DNA of 64,000 nucleotides from an uncultured Clostridium sp. (GTDB lineage Bacteria > Bacillota > Clostridia > TANB77 > CAG-508): contig CANDIF010000005.1 in the NCBI GenBank assembly GCA_947384775.1, positions 2,036 to 66,035 of the forward strand, in the 5' to 3' direction. Positions 1 to 10,119 of the stretch are shown here, piece after piece. The position numbers were made by a program, and so were the translations under genes. The notes beneath the pieces are model-generated. The model was not told where the DNA came from and did not search any database. It was given only the letters and a program-made list of their open reading frames with translations. The first letter of the stretch is position 1. Each line of letters opens with the position of its first letter.

Positions 1-6
1 TAAGAA

Positions 7-261
7 CTACTTATGATTATTTATTTTTATAATATTTTTTACACACTTTTCACAAATAATTTTATCTTTAAAATCAACTAACTTTTTAGTGCAGCCACAA
101 AATACACATTTTTTTTCATGTTTTTCCAGAATAAGAGAAGAACCATCTATATAAATTTCAACAGGGTCTTTTTCTTTAATTCCAAGTTGCAATCTCATAT
201 CAATAGGAATAACAACTCTACCAAGTTCATCAACTCTTCTAATTATGCCTGCAGATTTCAT
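7..261 (-). CDS. AbrB/SpoVT-family transition-state regulator-like protein with C-terminal Cys4 zinc ribbon
   Basis: ORF 7..309; likely start MKSAGIIRRVDELGRVVIPIDMRLQLGI (swapped-hairpin AbrB/MazE fold motif); C-terminal CVFCGC...CEKC. Confidence 0.6.
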   Translation of the reverse strand: MKSAGIIRRVDELGRVVIPIDMRLQLGIKEKDPVEIYIDGSSLILEKHEKKCVFCGCTKKLVDFKDKIICEKCVKNIIKINNHK

Positions 262-396
262 GTTTAGCCCCCTAACATTACAAATGAAAAATTTATTTAA
301 TAATACCATAAAAGGAGTAAGAGGTCAAGAATTCTAAGAAATTTAGTAATTATAATTGATAATACGAATAAAATTAAGGAAGTAGGAGGAAAACGG

Positions 397-972
397 ATGT
401 TAAATATAATATGGCCATTATTTATAATTATTTCGCTGATATATGCAATATGTTTTGGAAAAGTAGATGAAGTTAATTTAGCAATATTTGATTCAGTAGA
501 AAATGCTGTACAGATATCAATAAAATTGTTAGGAACAATATGTTTATGGAATGGGATAATAAAAATTGCAACAAATACAAGATTAGTAGAAAAACTAAAA
601 AGACTATTAAAACCTTTACTAAAATTTTTATTTCCAGATATAAAAGAAACAGAGAAAGCATATGGAGAAATTTCAATGAATATAGTTGCAAATATAATGG
701 GATTAGGAAATGCAGCGACACCAATAGGACTAAATGCAATGAAATCGATGCAAAAAAATAATAAAGAAAAAGACAAACTAAGTGACTCTATGGCAATGTT
801 TATTTTAATAAACACTGCATCAATACAAATAATTCCAACAACAGTAATTGCAATTAGAACATCATTAGGATCGAATAATCCTACAGGAATGATATTAGCA
901 GTTTGGATTGCCACGCTTGGAGCAGCAATATCTGCAATAGTAATGGCTAAAATATTAATGAAAAGATGGTGA
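397..972 (+). CDS. spmA: spore maturation protein A (nucleoside-recognition domain membrane protein)
   Basis: polytopic membrane protein; paired and 7-nt overlapping with spmB-like ORF; RBS GGAGGA upstream. Confidence 0.7.
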   Translation: MLNIIWPLFIIISLIYAICFGKVDEVNLAIFDSVENAVQISIKLLGTICLWNGIIKIATNTRLVEKLKRLLKPLLKFLFPDIKETEKAYGEISMNIVANIMGLGNAATPIGLNAMKSMQKNNKEKDKLSDSMAMFILINTASIQIIPTTVIAIRTSLGSNNPTGMILAVWIATLGAAISAIVMAKILMKRW

Positions 973-1502
973 ATATGAACGTAGTTAATTATTTTTCGAA
1001 CATAGCATTACCGATGATAATACTAATTATTTTATTTTATGGGATAAAAGAAAGAATAAATATGTTTGACGTTTTTTTAGAAGGTGCGAAAGATGGAATT
1101 GAGATAGTAATAAATTTATTTCCAACATTGGTTGGAATATTTGTAGCAATTGGACTTTTAAGAAGTTCGGGAGTAATTGAAGTTTTTATTAATTTGATAG
1201 CACCAATAACAAACTCATTAAATATTCCTAAAGAAATAATGCCATTAGCATTACTAAGACCAATTTCAGGTAGTGCATCGATGGCAGTTGGTACAGATAT
1301 AATGCAAAAATACGGAGTAGATAGCAAAATTGGACTGATAGTTTCGACAATAATGGGATCAACGGAAACAACACTATATACCATAGCAATTTATACAAGC
1401 ATTGTGAGAGTAAAGAAAACGAGATTTATGTTAACAGCAGCATTAATAGCAGACATAGTAGGAATGTCGATTTCTGTCTTTTTATGGCAACTTTTGTCGT
1501 AA
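966..1502 (+). CDS. spmB: spore maturation protein B
   Basis: membrane protein, SpmA/SpmB gene pair arrangement. Confidence 0.7.
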   Translation: MVNMNVVNYFSNIALPMIILIILFYGIKERINMFDVFLEGAKDGIEIVINLFPTLVGIFVAIGLLRSSGVIEVFINLIAPITNSLNIPKEIMPLALLRPISGSASMAVGTDIMQKYGVDSKIGLIVSTIMGSTETTLYTIAIYTSIVRVKKTRFMLTAALIADIVGMSISVFLWQLLS

Positions 1503-1883
1503 AGTTTTTCTTGACAATCACAGTATAGAGGTGTATCATGGATATATCAGATTTATTTGGAGTACAATATGATAGTTAAATTCTTAATATTTATTTCAAT
1601 AATTTATTTAATAAAAAGATTTTTTATCAAATTATTATCTAAAAGAATTCTAAAGAAAATTTCAGAGTAAATAAAAAGGATAATTGAAAATTATCCTAAA
1701 AAGTATTTTTTTACATGTTTTTAATTGTGTAGAAAATATCAATATTTTTTACAGTAGCCCAAAAGAGAATAGGGGTATTTTCTACATATTTTTATAATCT
1801 TTCCATATTTTTTTTCACATTATACTTTTTTTCTACAAAGAACTATCTTAGGTTATTCTACCGACAAGGTAGTTCTTTGTAAA

Positions 1884-2669
1884 TTAAATAACCTTTGCTA
1901 TTTTACTAGTATTATCTCTAGGAGCAACATTTATACAAATATCATCAGAAGAAAAATTACATTTCTGTAATTCTTCCCAAACTGTTTTATTAGCAAGTTC
2001 AGGGAAATTATTTTCTTTACTCAAATGAATTAAAAAAGCTTCTTTCAAACCAAAATCAATTAATTTAGCAATCGTTTTGCCTGCAGTACAATTCTCCAAA
2101 TGACCAAAAGAACTAGCAATTCTTTGCTTCAAGCGATAAGGATAGTGAGAATATTTAAGAATGTTCATATCATAATTAGATTCTAGAAAAATTAACGAAC
2201 TACTTTTTAAATTATTAAAAATAGTTTCATTAATATTACCCAAATCTGTTGCGATGCTAATTTTTTTTGAATCATTATATATATTAAAACCACATGGATC
2301 AGCAGCATCGTGTGGAGTAGAAAAAGGTGATATAACTAAGTCAGATATATCAAATTTAGTATTATTTGAAAAGAACCTTTTATTGTCATCTGAAATTTTA
2401 TCTGAATTTATATGATTCCACGTTTTTTCATTAGCATAAATTGGAATATTATATTTGCTAGATAAAATAGGCAATCCTTTAGTATGATCTACATGCTCAT
2501 GAGTAACTAAAACAGCCTGAATTTCATCTGGAGAAATATTCAAATCATTTAAAGCAGTTTCAAGTTTTTTACAACTGACTCCAGCATCAATAAGAAGTTT
2601 AGTATGGTTTGACTGAATTAAGAAACTATTACCACTACTTCCACTATATAAACTACAACATTTTAACAT
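1884..2669 (-). CDS. MBL-fold metallo-hydrolase (YycJ/WalJ-like)
   Basis: HxHxDH motif (THEHVDHTKG) in 261-aa protein. Confidence 0.65.
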   Translation of the reverse strand: MLKCCSLYSGSSGNSFLIQSNHTKLLIDAGVSCKKLETALNDLNISPDEIQAVLVTHEHVDHTKGLPILSSKYNIPIYANEKTWNHINSDKISDDNKRFFSNNTKFDISDLVISPFSTPHDAADPCGFNIYNDSKKISIATDLGNINETIFNNLKSSSLIFLESNYDMNILKYSHYPYRLKQRIASSFGHLENCTAGKTIAKLIDFGLKEAFLIHLSKENNFPELANKTVWEELQKCNFSSDDICINVAPRDNTSKIAKVI

Positions 2670-2681
2670 TAATTTTCACCT

Positions 2682-3953
2682 TTATTCTTGAATTCTTTTG
2701 ATTTTGGCACCTAACTTGTTAAATTTTTCTTCGATATTTTCATAACCACGATCAATATGCCTTAAATTATATATTTCTGTTGTTCCATTAGCAATGACTC
2801 CGGCAATAACTAATGCAGCACCAGCCCTTAAATCAGAAGCATAAACAGGTGCACCAGATAAATGCGATACCCCTTCAAAAAAAGCAGTTCTATCATGAGC
2901 AGCAATATTAGCTCCCATTTTATTAAGTTCAGCAGTATATTGAAATCTTGAATCCCAAATAGATTCATTAATAATACTTGTGCCATTAGCAACAGAAAGG
3001 ACTACACCCATTTGAGGTTGTAAATCAGTAGGAAAACCAGGATAAGGTAAAGTTTTTAGGCTTGTTCCTAAAGGGCGTTTATCTGCGGAAACTTTTATAC
3101 TATCTCCAAAGACTTCTACATTGCCACCGACTTCTGAAATTTTTGAAATTAAAGAATCTAAATGTTCAGGAATACAATTCTTTATCAAAATATTTCCCTT
3201 TGAAGCAACTGCAGCTAACATAAAAGTGCCAGCTTCAATTTGATCAGGGACAACTGAATAAGAACAAGAATCTTTCAAATTCTCTACACCATTAATTTTT
3301 ATAATATCGGTTCCAGCACCTCTAATATCAGCACCCATTGAATTTAAAAAATTTGCGATATCAACAACATGAGGTTCTTTAGCAGCATTTTCAATAGTAG
3401 TAGTTCCTTTTGCAAGCACACTTGCAATCATAATGTTAATAGTTGCACCAACAGAAACAATATCCATATATATATTTGTTCCGATTAACTTTTTAGCTTT
3501 TAAAGAGATTTTTCCCTGAGAAATATTTGATTCTGCACCCAGTGCTTCAAAACCCTTAATATGTTGATCAATAGGTCGAACCCCTAAATTACATCCCCCA
3601 GGTAAACCAACTTCAATTTTTCCATATTTACTCAATAAAGAACCAATTAAATAGTAAGAGGCACGGAATTTACTAGTTAAATCTAAAGGAACATTAGTAC
3701 TATGTACATCTTTGTTATCAATAACCAATGTGTTTTTATCTATCCAAGTAATTTTGGAACCAATAGCTTCTAAAATTTGGCATGATAATCTTACATCAAT
3801 AATATTTGGAACATTATGTAATGTAAAAATGCCATTTGATAATAATGTTGCAGGTAGTATAGCAATTGCAGAATTTTTTGCCCCAATAATAGAAACTTCT
3901 CCTCTTAAAGAAGTTCCTCCAGATATAACTAATTTCTCCATAAGTTCCTCCAA
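2682..3953 (-). CDS. murA: UDP-N-acetylglucosamine 1-carboxyvinyltransferase
   Basis: 423 aa, EPSP-synthase fold signature, strong similarity to MurA family. Confidence 0.9.
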   Translation of the reverse strand: MEELMEKLVISGGTSLRGEVSIIGAKNSAIAILPATLLSNGIFTLHNVPNIIDVRLSCQILEAIGSKITWIDKNTLVIDNKDVHSTNVPLDLTSKFRASYYLIGSLLSKYGKIEVGLPGGCNLGVRPIDQHIKGFEALGAESNISQGKISLKAKKLIGTNIYMDIVSVGATINIMIASVLAKGTTTIENAAKEPHVVDIANFLNSMGADIRGAGTDIIKINGVENLKDSCSYSVVPDQIEAGTFMLAAVASKGNILIKNCIPEHLDSLISKISEVGGNVEVFGDSIKVSADKRPLGTSLKTLPYPGFPTDLQPQMGVVLSVANGTSIINESIWDSRFQYTAELNKMGANIAAHDRTAFFEGVSHLSGAPVYASDLRAGAALVIAGVIANGTTEIYNLRHIDRGYENIEEKFNKLGAKIKRIQE

Positions 3954-3996
3954 AACTAGATAATATAGAAAATAGAGTGTATATACACTCTATTGA

Positions 3997-4662
3997 CTAC
4001 ATAAATATACCACTTATACTAAAATTTTGCAATACTTCTACAATTTTAAATTTAAATTGTGTACTAGAGTCAGAACCATTAGAAATTAAATCATATTCTT
4101 CCTCAGATAAATTTTCTTTCATTATATTTTTTGAATCATCTGGAACGATTCCAGTAGTAACATCTACAAAGCAAAGAGGAGGGAACATTACGCACCACCA
4201 ATTTTTTCCAGAAGCACTACCAATTTTTATTCTTAACGCATCATAGTATCCTGGTGGTAGAGTAATATCTCCATAGCTTTTTGTTGGAAAACTAAAATTA
4301 CCAACTTCAACAGAAACATCATAATTATATCCATTTTCATAAATTGTTTGACTAGCAACTGTATTCAAATTTGCTAGATTCTTATTTAATAAAACAATCC
4401 AATCTTCTTTAGATTTTACATTATTTGAAATAGAAGACATGTACTCTAATACTTTATCTCTAACTTTTAATTTTAAAATTTGATCTTCAGAAGAATCACT
4501 ATTTGCAATAACATGCAACCTAAAGACACTATCAGAAATGTCTTTGCAGACAGCTTGAGTGTAAGAAACAGCAGAAACTAAAATATATACAAATAATAAA
4601 AAAATTAAAATCAAAGAACGTTTAAATTTTGAATTTGATAAAATTTTTGTAATAAATCTCAT
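3997..4662 (-). CDS. spoIIR: stage II sporulation protein R
   Basis: signal/TM N-terminus followed by RLHVIANSDS motif typical of SpoIIR. Confidence 0.8.
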   Translation of the reverse strand: MRFITKILSNSKFKRSLILIFLLFVYILVSAVSYTQAVCKDISDSVFRLHVIANSDSSEDQILKLKVRDKVLEYMSSISNNVKSKEDWIVLLNKNLANLNTVASQTIYENGYNYDVSVEVGNFSFPTKSYGDITLPPGYYDALRIKIGSASGKNWWCVMFPPLCFVDVTTGIVPDDSKNIMKENLSEEEYDLISNGSDSSTQFKFKIVEVLQNFSISGIFM

Positions 4663-4830
4663 TATAGACCTCCATTAGAAATTAAATAAAATTTTGTCAA
4701 ATAATTTCTTTAAATAAATTATTAACCATTTTTTAAAATATATACATTAAAAAAGTTGAAAATAATAACACAAAAATGCGTAAAAACTGTAAATCCGTAG
4801 ACTTTGTCGAATTTAGACAGACGATTTATA

Positions 4831-4859
4831 TTGACTTAAGAATAAAAAAATGGTACAAT
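4831..4859 (+). promoter_or_regulatory. sigma-A type promoter (TTGACT-17-TACAAT) for the 4882 ORF
   Basis: -35 TTGACT 4831-4836, 17-nt spacer, -10 TACAAT 4854-4859; RBS AGGAGG before ATG 4882. Confidence 0.45.
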
Positions 4860-4881
4860 CTGAAAAGTAGGAGGAACTAGA

Positions 4882-5421
4882 ATGAAAGAAAAATGTGCTA
4901 TAAAAAAATCATGTAGTTTTTATATAAGTGATATGCATTTTGCAACAATGTTAATGCCATTTATAAAAAAGCAAATAGAAAATGAAATAAACGTTACCAC
5001 ATTTTTAGAAAATAATTATTCAAACAATATAGAACTAGTTTTAGCAAGAACAAAAATAGAAGAAAAGCAAAAGAAAGAAATATTAAACATTAACTGGAGA
5101 GAAAATAAAGATAACAAATATTCAAACATCGAAAAGGTATTAAAAAATAAAATAATAAAAAATAAAGAAAATATAATCATAATAAATGGCAGCAGAGAAT
5201 ACATAGAAATGGAAAATGAATTTATAAAAAAATTCATAGAAAAAAATTCAAAGAAATATGAAGGTACAACAATATTCATAATGGATTTTTATGAAGTTGG
5301 ATCATTTAACGAAAACATAACAGAAATATTAAACAATCATGAAATAATATTCAACACATCAGGAGAACATAAAATAGAAGAAGTTTTTGAAAGAAATGTA
5401 CCAGAGGCAAAAGTAAATTAA
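4882..5421 (+). CDS. hypothetical Lys/Glu/Asn-rich protein
   Basis: 179-aa ORF with good promoter and RBS; no recognisable family. Confidence 0.4.
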   Translation: MKEKCAIKKSCSFYISDMHFATMLMPFIKKQIENEINVTTFLENNYSNNIELVLARTKIEEKQKKEILNINWRENKDNKYSNIEKVLKNKIIKNKENIIIINGSREYIEMENEFIKKFIEKNSKKYEGTTIFIMDFYEVGSFNENITEILNNHEIIFNTSGEHKIEEVFERNVPEAKVN

Positions 5422-5563
5422 TAAAAATAATAAGGAACTAAAATAAGCAAGAAAAGTTTATTTTAATTCCTTTTTTCTATATGACAAAATAAAAAAGCAT
5501 TCAATAATTTGACTATTGATAAATTTTGATATATAGTGGTGATATAAAAAAGGAGGGATTTTT

Positions 5564-6806
5564 TTGGAAGAAAAATATTTTGAGGCAAAAAAAGTTTTAC
5601 AAGAATATAATCAAGAACATTTGCTAAGTGCATATGAAAAATTAGACACAAACAAAAAAGAAGAATTACTTAGGGAAATACTAAGTATAGATTTTAAACA
5701 GCTTGAAAACTTATATAAAGGAGTAAATAATACTCAAAATACAAATACACAAAAAATTGAACCAATAGAATATGTAGATGAAGCAAAGTTGACAGAAGAA
5801 CAAATAAATATGTATAAACAAAAAGGAAAAGAAGTTTTAAAATCAGGTAAATATGCAGTAATTATCATGGCAGGAGGACAAGGAACAAGACTTCGGACAC
5901 AATGGACCAAAAGGAACATTTAAATTAGGAATAGAACCAGATAAGTCTTTATTTGAAATTTTATGCGAAAAACTAAAAAAGGTACAAGAAGAATACAAAG
6001 TAGTAACACCATGGTATATAATGACAAGCAGAGAAAATAATGAAGAAACAGAAAGATTCTTTGAAGAAAATAACTATTTTGGGTATCCAAAAGATGCAGT
6101 AAAATTTTTTAAGCAAGGCGAACTTCCAATGGTAGATAAAAATGGAAAAGTATTCTTAACAGAAGAGGGGCTAATAAAATCAGGAGCAGATGGCCATGGA
6201 GGAATATTTGAAGCTATGTTTAGAAATAATGTAGTTGAAGACTTAAAGAAGAAGAATATAGAATGGATTTTTATAGGACCAATAGACAATCCATTAGTGC
6301 AAATGACAGATGAATTAATGTTAGGATATTCTGTAGAAGAAAGAGTTTTAGCAACAGGAAAATCAATAGTAAAGGCAAACTCAAAAGAAAAAGTAGGAGT
6401 ATTTTGCAAAAGAGATGGAAGACCAAGTGTTGTAGAATATACTGAAATCACAGAAGAGATGGCAGAAGAAACAGATGAAAATGGAGAATTAAAATTTGGA
6501 GAGTCACATCTTAATTGTAATTTATTTAATATAAAAGCTATAGAAAAAATAGGAAATGAGAAATTACCATATCATGCAGCTTTAAAAAAAGCAACATATA
6601 TGGATGAAAATGGGAATATAATAGTTCCAACAGAGCCAAATGGATATAAATTCGAAAGTTTTATTTTTGATGCATTTGAAAAAATAGATAAAATGGGAAT
6701 ATTAAGGGGTAAAAGAGAAAACGAGTTTGCACCAGTAAAAAATGCAGAAGGAGTAGATAGCCCAGCAACTGCAAGAGAATTGTATAAAAAATATTATGGA
6801 ATATAA
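5564..6806 (+). CDS. UDP-N-acetylhexosamine / UDP-sugar pyrophosphorylase (eukaryotic UAP1-type); interrupted by in-frame CGG at 5894-5896, frame continues +1
   Basis: N part ends AGGQGTRL then CGG; +1 frame reads GHNGPKGTFKLGIEP...MTSREN (UAP GGQGTRLG...PKG motif). Two ORF-track pieces 5564..5923 and 6021..6806. Confidence 0.6.
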
Positions 6807-8538
6807 GGAGAAAGCTATGGAAAGATATCAAGAAAAATTTGAAGAATGGTACAATAACGATTTATTTGATGAAGAAACAAAAAAAGAATTAGAAAAAATA
6901 AAAGATGATGAAACAGAAAAGAAAGAAAGATTTTATAAAGACCTAGAATTTGGAACAGCAGGATTAAGAGGAATTGTTGGAGTAGGAACAAACAGAATGA
7001 ACAAATATACTGTAGGAAAGGCAACTCAAGGATTAGCAGAATACATAGTAAAAAAAGGTGGTCAAAAAAGAGGCGTAGCAATTGCATATGACTCTAGACA
7101 TATGTCAACAGAATTCAGTGAGCAAGCAGCATTAATATTAAATGCTAATGGAATAAAAACATATATATTTGATAGCTTAAGACCAACACCAGAATTATCT
7201 TTTGCTGTTAGAAGCTTTAAAACAATAGCAGGAATAGTAGTAACTGCGAGTCATAATCCACCAAAATATAATGGATATAAAGTATATTGGGAAGATGGAG
7301 GACAAATTACAGAGCCAATAGATAAAGAGATTATAACAGAAGTAAACAACATAACAGATTTTTCAAAAATTAAAACAATGTCAAAAGAAGAAGCAATACA
7401 AAAAGGATTATTTAATGTTATCAAGAAAGAATTTGATGACAAATATATAAAAGAAATTCAAACAAACATTATTAATCCGGAAGTAATAGAAAAAGCAGCA
7501 AACACATTAAAAGTAGTATATACACCATTACATGGAACTGGTGGAAAGATAGCAAAAAAACTATTTGAAAGTATGGGATTAAAGAATGTATACATAGTAA
7601 AAGAGCAAGAAGAACCAAATGGAGATTTCCCAACAGTAAGTTATCCAAATCCAGAAGATCCAAAAGCATTTGAATATGCATTAAAACTAGCAAAAGATGT
7701 AGATGCAGATATAGTTTTAGCAAACGATCCAGATGCAGATAGAATAGGAGTATTTGTAAAACATCAAGGCGAATATATAGCATTAAATGGAAATATGATA
7801 GGGTTAGTAATTGCAGAATACATGATATCACAAAAAAGGGAAAAAGGATTATTACCAAAAAATCCAGCATTAATAAAAACAATAGTATCATCAAATATGA
7901 CAAATAGGATATGTGATTCTTATGGAGTAAAAATGTATGAAGTACTAACCGGATTTAAAAATATAGCGGCAAAAATAAAAAAATTCGAAACAGAAAATAC
8001 ATACAATAACATAATGGGATTTGAAGAAAGTTATGGATGCTTAATAGGAAATCATGCAAGAGATAAAGATGGAATAATAGCAGATATGATGCTTTGTGAG
8101 ATAGCGGCATACTATAAACTTCAAGGACTAACATTATGGGATGCATTAATGAAAATGTATGAAAAATATGGATACTATTTAGAAGGACAAATACCAGTAA
8201 CGCTAGAAGGAATAGATGGAGCAGAAAAGATACAAAATATGATGACAAAGATGAGAAACAATCCACCATCAGCTTTAGGAAAATATAAAGTACTAAAAAT
8301 AATGGACTGTAGCACAAGTAAAGAAAGAGATATAGAGACAGGAAAAGAAATAGATATAGATTTACCAAAATCAAATGTTTTAAGATATTTACTAGAAAAC
8401 GACTGTTGGTGTGCAGTAAGACCATCAGGAACAGAACCAAAAATAAAATTCTATATGGGAGTACGTTCAGATAGCTTTGAGGGAGCTAAAAAAGACTTAG
8501 AAGAATTAACAGAAGTAATGAGAGAATATACAAAATAG
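6796..8538 (+). CDS. pgcA: phosphoglucomutase / phosphomannomutase (alpha-D-phosphohexomutase)
   Basis: 580 aa, active-site TASHNPPKYNGYKVY, DPDADR metal loop. Confidence 0.85.
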   Translation: MEYKEKAMERYQEKFEEWYNNDLFDEETKKELEKIKDDETEKKERFYKDLEFGTAGLRGIVGVGTNRMNKYTVGKATQGLAEYIVKKGGQKRGVAIAYDSRHMSTEFSEQAALILNANGIKTYIFDSLRPTPELSFAVRSFKTIAGIVVTASHNPPKYNGYKVYWEDGGQITEPIDKEIITEVNNITDFSKIKTMSKEEAIQKGLFNVIKKEFDDKYIKEIQTNIINPEVIEKAANTLKVVYTPLHGTGGKIAKKLFESMGLKNVYIVKEQEEPNGDFPTVSYPNPEDPKAFEYALKLAKDVDADIVLANDPDADRIGVFVKHQGEYIALNGNMIGLVIAEYMISQKREKGLLPKNPALIKTIVSSNMTNRICDSYGVKMYEVLTGFKNIAAKIKKFETENTYNNIMGFEESYGCLIGNHARDKDGIIADMMLCEIAAYYKLQGLTLWDALMKMYEKYGYYLEGQIPVTLEGIDGAEKIQNMMTKMRNNPPSALGKYKVLKIMDCSTSKERDIETGKEIDIDLPKSNVLRYLLENDCWCAVRPSGTEPKIKFYMGVRSDSFEGAKKDLEELTEVMREYTK

Positions 8539-8548
8539 ATAGTAAAAA

Positions 8549-8580
8549 AGAGACATTAAAAAATAGATGTCTCTTTAAAT
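8549..8580 (+). terminator. rho-independent terminator after pgcA
   Basis: hairpin AGAGACAT...ATGTCTCT followed by T-rich run. Confidence 0.5.
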
Positions 8581-8629
8581 TATTATAATCTTTAGAGAAT
8601 TTATATGAATTTGAAAAAAAGATAAAATT

Positions 8630-9346
8630 TTATAAATCAAATTTCCAACCTTTTATATCACTTCTTTTAATAGCGCCATAAATATTAGTTTTAACATTAG
8701 GAATATCTTTTTGAATATTATGAATAAGATTTTTAATATCTTCTCTTTTAGACTTTCCATCCATAGGGCAACACTTAGGCATAACTTCAATGTTATTCTT
8801 TTTAACAAAAGTTTTAATACTCTTTTCAGGAGCATAAATTAAAGGTCTAATTAAAGTAATTCCAGAGCGATCCATAAAACTTATGGGGGCAAAAGTTCCA
8901 ATAGAGCCACCATATAGCAAATTAAGAAAAAAGGTTTCCAAGACATCATCTTCATTGTGACCTAAAGCAATTTTATTACAGCCTTCACGAATAGCAATAC
9001 TATTTAAAATGCCTCTTCTCAAATTTGCACAAAGAGAACAAGGATTTTTTTCTTGTCTAATATCAAAAACAACTTCTTTAATATGAGATTTTTCTTCAAC
9101 ATATTGAACTTCAATATTATCACAAATACTCTTTAAAAAATCACTATTAAAAAAATCAAAACCAGGATTTACACTAATGGCAATAAGTTCAAACTTTTTT
9201 TCATAAAACCTTTGAAGAGATTTTAGAGCCATAAGTAAAGTAATAGAATCCTTGCCACCAGACAAGCCAACAGCAATTTTATCTCCATCAGAAATCATAT
9301 TATAATCATCAACAGCTTTTCTAATATAGCTTAACATTCTTTGCAT
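8630..9346 (-). CDS. PP-loop ATPase, tRNA 2-thiocytidine synthetase TtcA-like
   Basis: SGGKDS PP-loop plus conserved Cys pairs (CSLC, KCCP). Confidence 0.6.
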   Translation of the reverse strand: MQRMLSYIRKAVDDYNMISDGDKIAVGLSGGKDSITLLMALKSLQRFYEKKFELIAISVNPGFDFFNSDFLKSICDNIEVQYVEEKSHIKEVVFDIRQEKNPCSLCANLRRGILNSIAIREGCNKIALGHNEDDVLETFFLNLLYGGSIGTFAPISFMDRSGITLIRPLIYAPEKSIKTFVKKNNIEVMPKCCPMDGKSKREDIKNLIHNIQKDIPNVKTNIYGAIKRSDIKGWKFDL

Positions 9347-9352
9347 AAATAA

Positions 9353-9874
9353 TTAATTCACTTCACTTTCTTTTCTTTTATAAGATCTAATAATTGCAAT
9401 GATAGCAGAAGATATCTCGAAAACATTTCCACCTAGATTAATATAAGCACCAACAATAAAGTTATAAATAGCAAGAAAGGCAGCTGCAATCAAGCATGAA
9501 ACACAAATAACACGAGTGCTCTTTTGCCAAGAAGAAACTGTAAATAAAAGAGCTGCAATAATTGGTACAAAATCTAACAATGTTTTGCAATTAATTAAAG
9601 CTAAAATTAAAATTGCAGAAACAAACGCTCCTAAAAGCCACAAAGGAGTATTTTTTCCATTTTTACTATCTACTCCAAAAATATAACATCTAACAATAGA
9701 AACAAGATTCATAGAGGCAGCAGAGAAAAGACCAAGTATAAAATATTGCGAACCATAAAGAACATTTGATATCAATTGTAAGAAAAGCATTTTATGCTTT
9801 TGAGTAAGCTGTAAGCTAATAACCCAAATTAGTAGAGCCAGTGCTCCTAGTATATGTGGAAGAATGTCTAACAT
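9353..9874 (-). CDS. small polytopic membrane protein (possible vitamin/queuosine-precursor transporter S-component)
   Basis: 173 aa, ~5 predicted TM helices. Confidence 0.35.
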   Translation of the reverse strand: MLDILPHILGALALLIWVISLQLTQKHKMLFLQLISNVLYGSQYFILGLFSAASMNLVSIVRCYIFGVDSKNGKNTPLWLLGAFVSAILILALINCKTLLDFVPIIAALLFTVSSWQKSTRVICVSCLIAAAFLAIYNFIVGAYINLGGNVFEISSAIIAIIRSYKRKESEVN

Positions 9875-10119
9875 TATAAAACCTCCAAAAGTATTTTTTC
9901 ATAAACAATATACACCAAAATATAGTATTTGTAAATATATAGACAAAGCAAACAAAGAACATTTATTCGCAAAAATGCTTGAAAAGTTTTATATCGTATG
10001 ATAAAATTACAAAAAAATTATATATTTTTTAAAACTATTTAAAAATATAAAAAAATACGATAAAATAAGAACACTAATAAAAATAAATGAATAGGATAAA
10101 AAAAGGAGAAAATTTTTAA

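Noticed and set aside
5894-5896. Simple CGG sense-codon reassignment (for example to Trp or Gln)
   Set aside because: Reading CGG as any single amino acid in the zero frame runs into stops within 5-20 codons. The conserved downstream sequence is always in the +1 frame.
7472-7903. Many Leu/Phe-rich ORFs on the strand opposite to real genes (for example 7472..7903, 7955..8440, 24412..24759, 30731..30931, 49066..49302)
   Set aside because: Low-complexity translations of antisense AT-rich coding DNA with no RBS, fully overlapped by well-supported genes.
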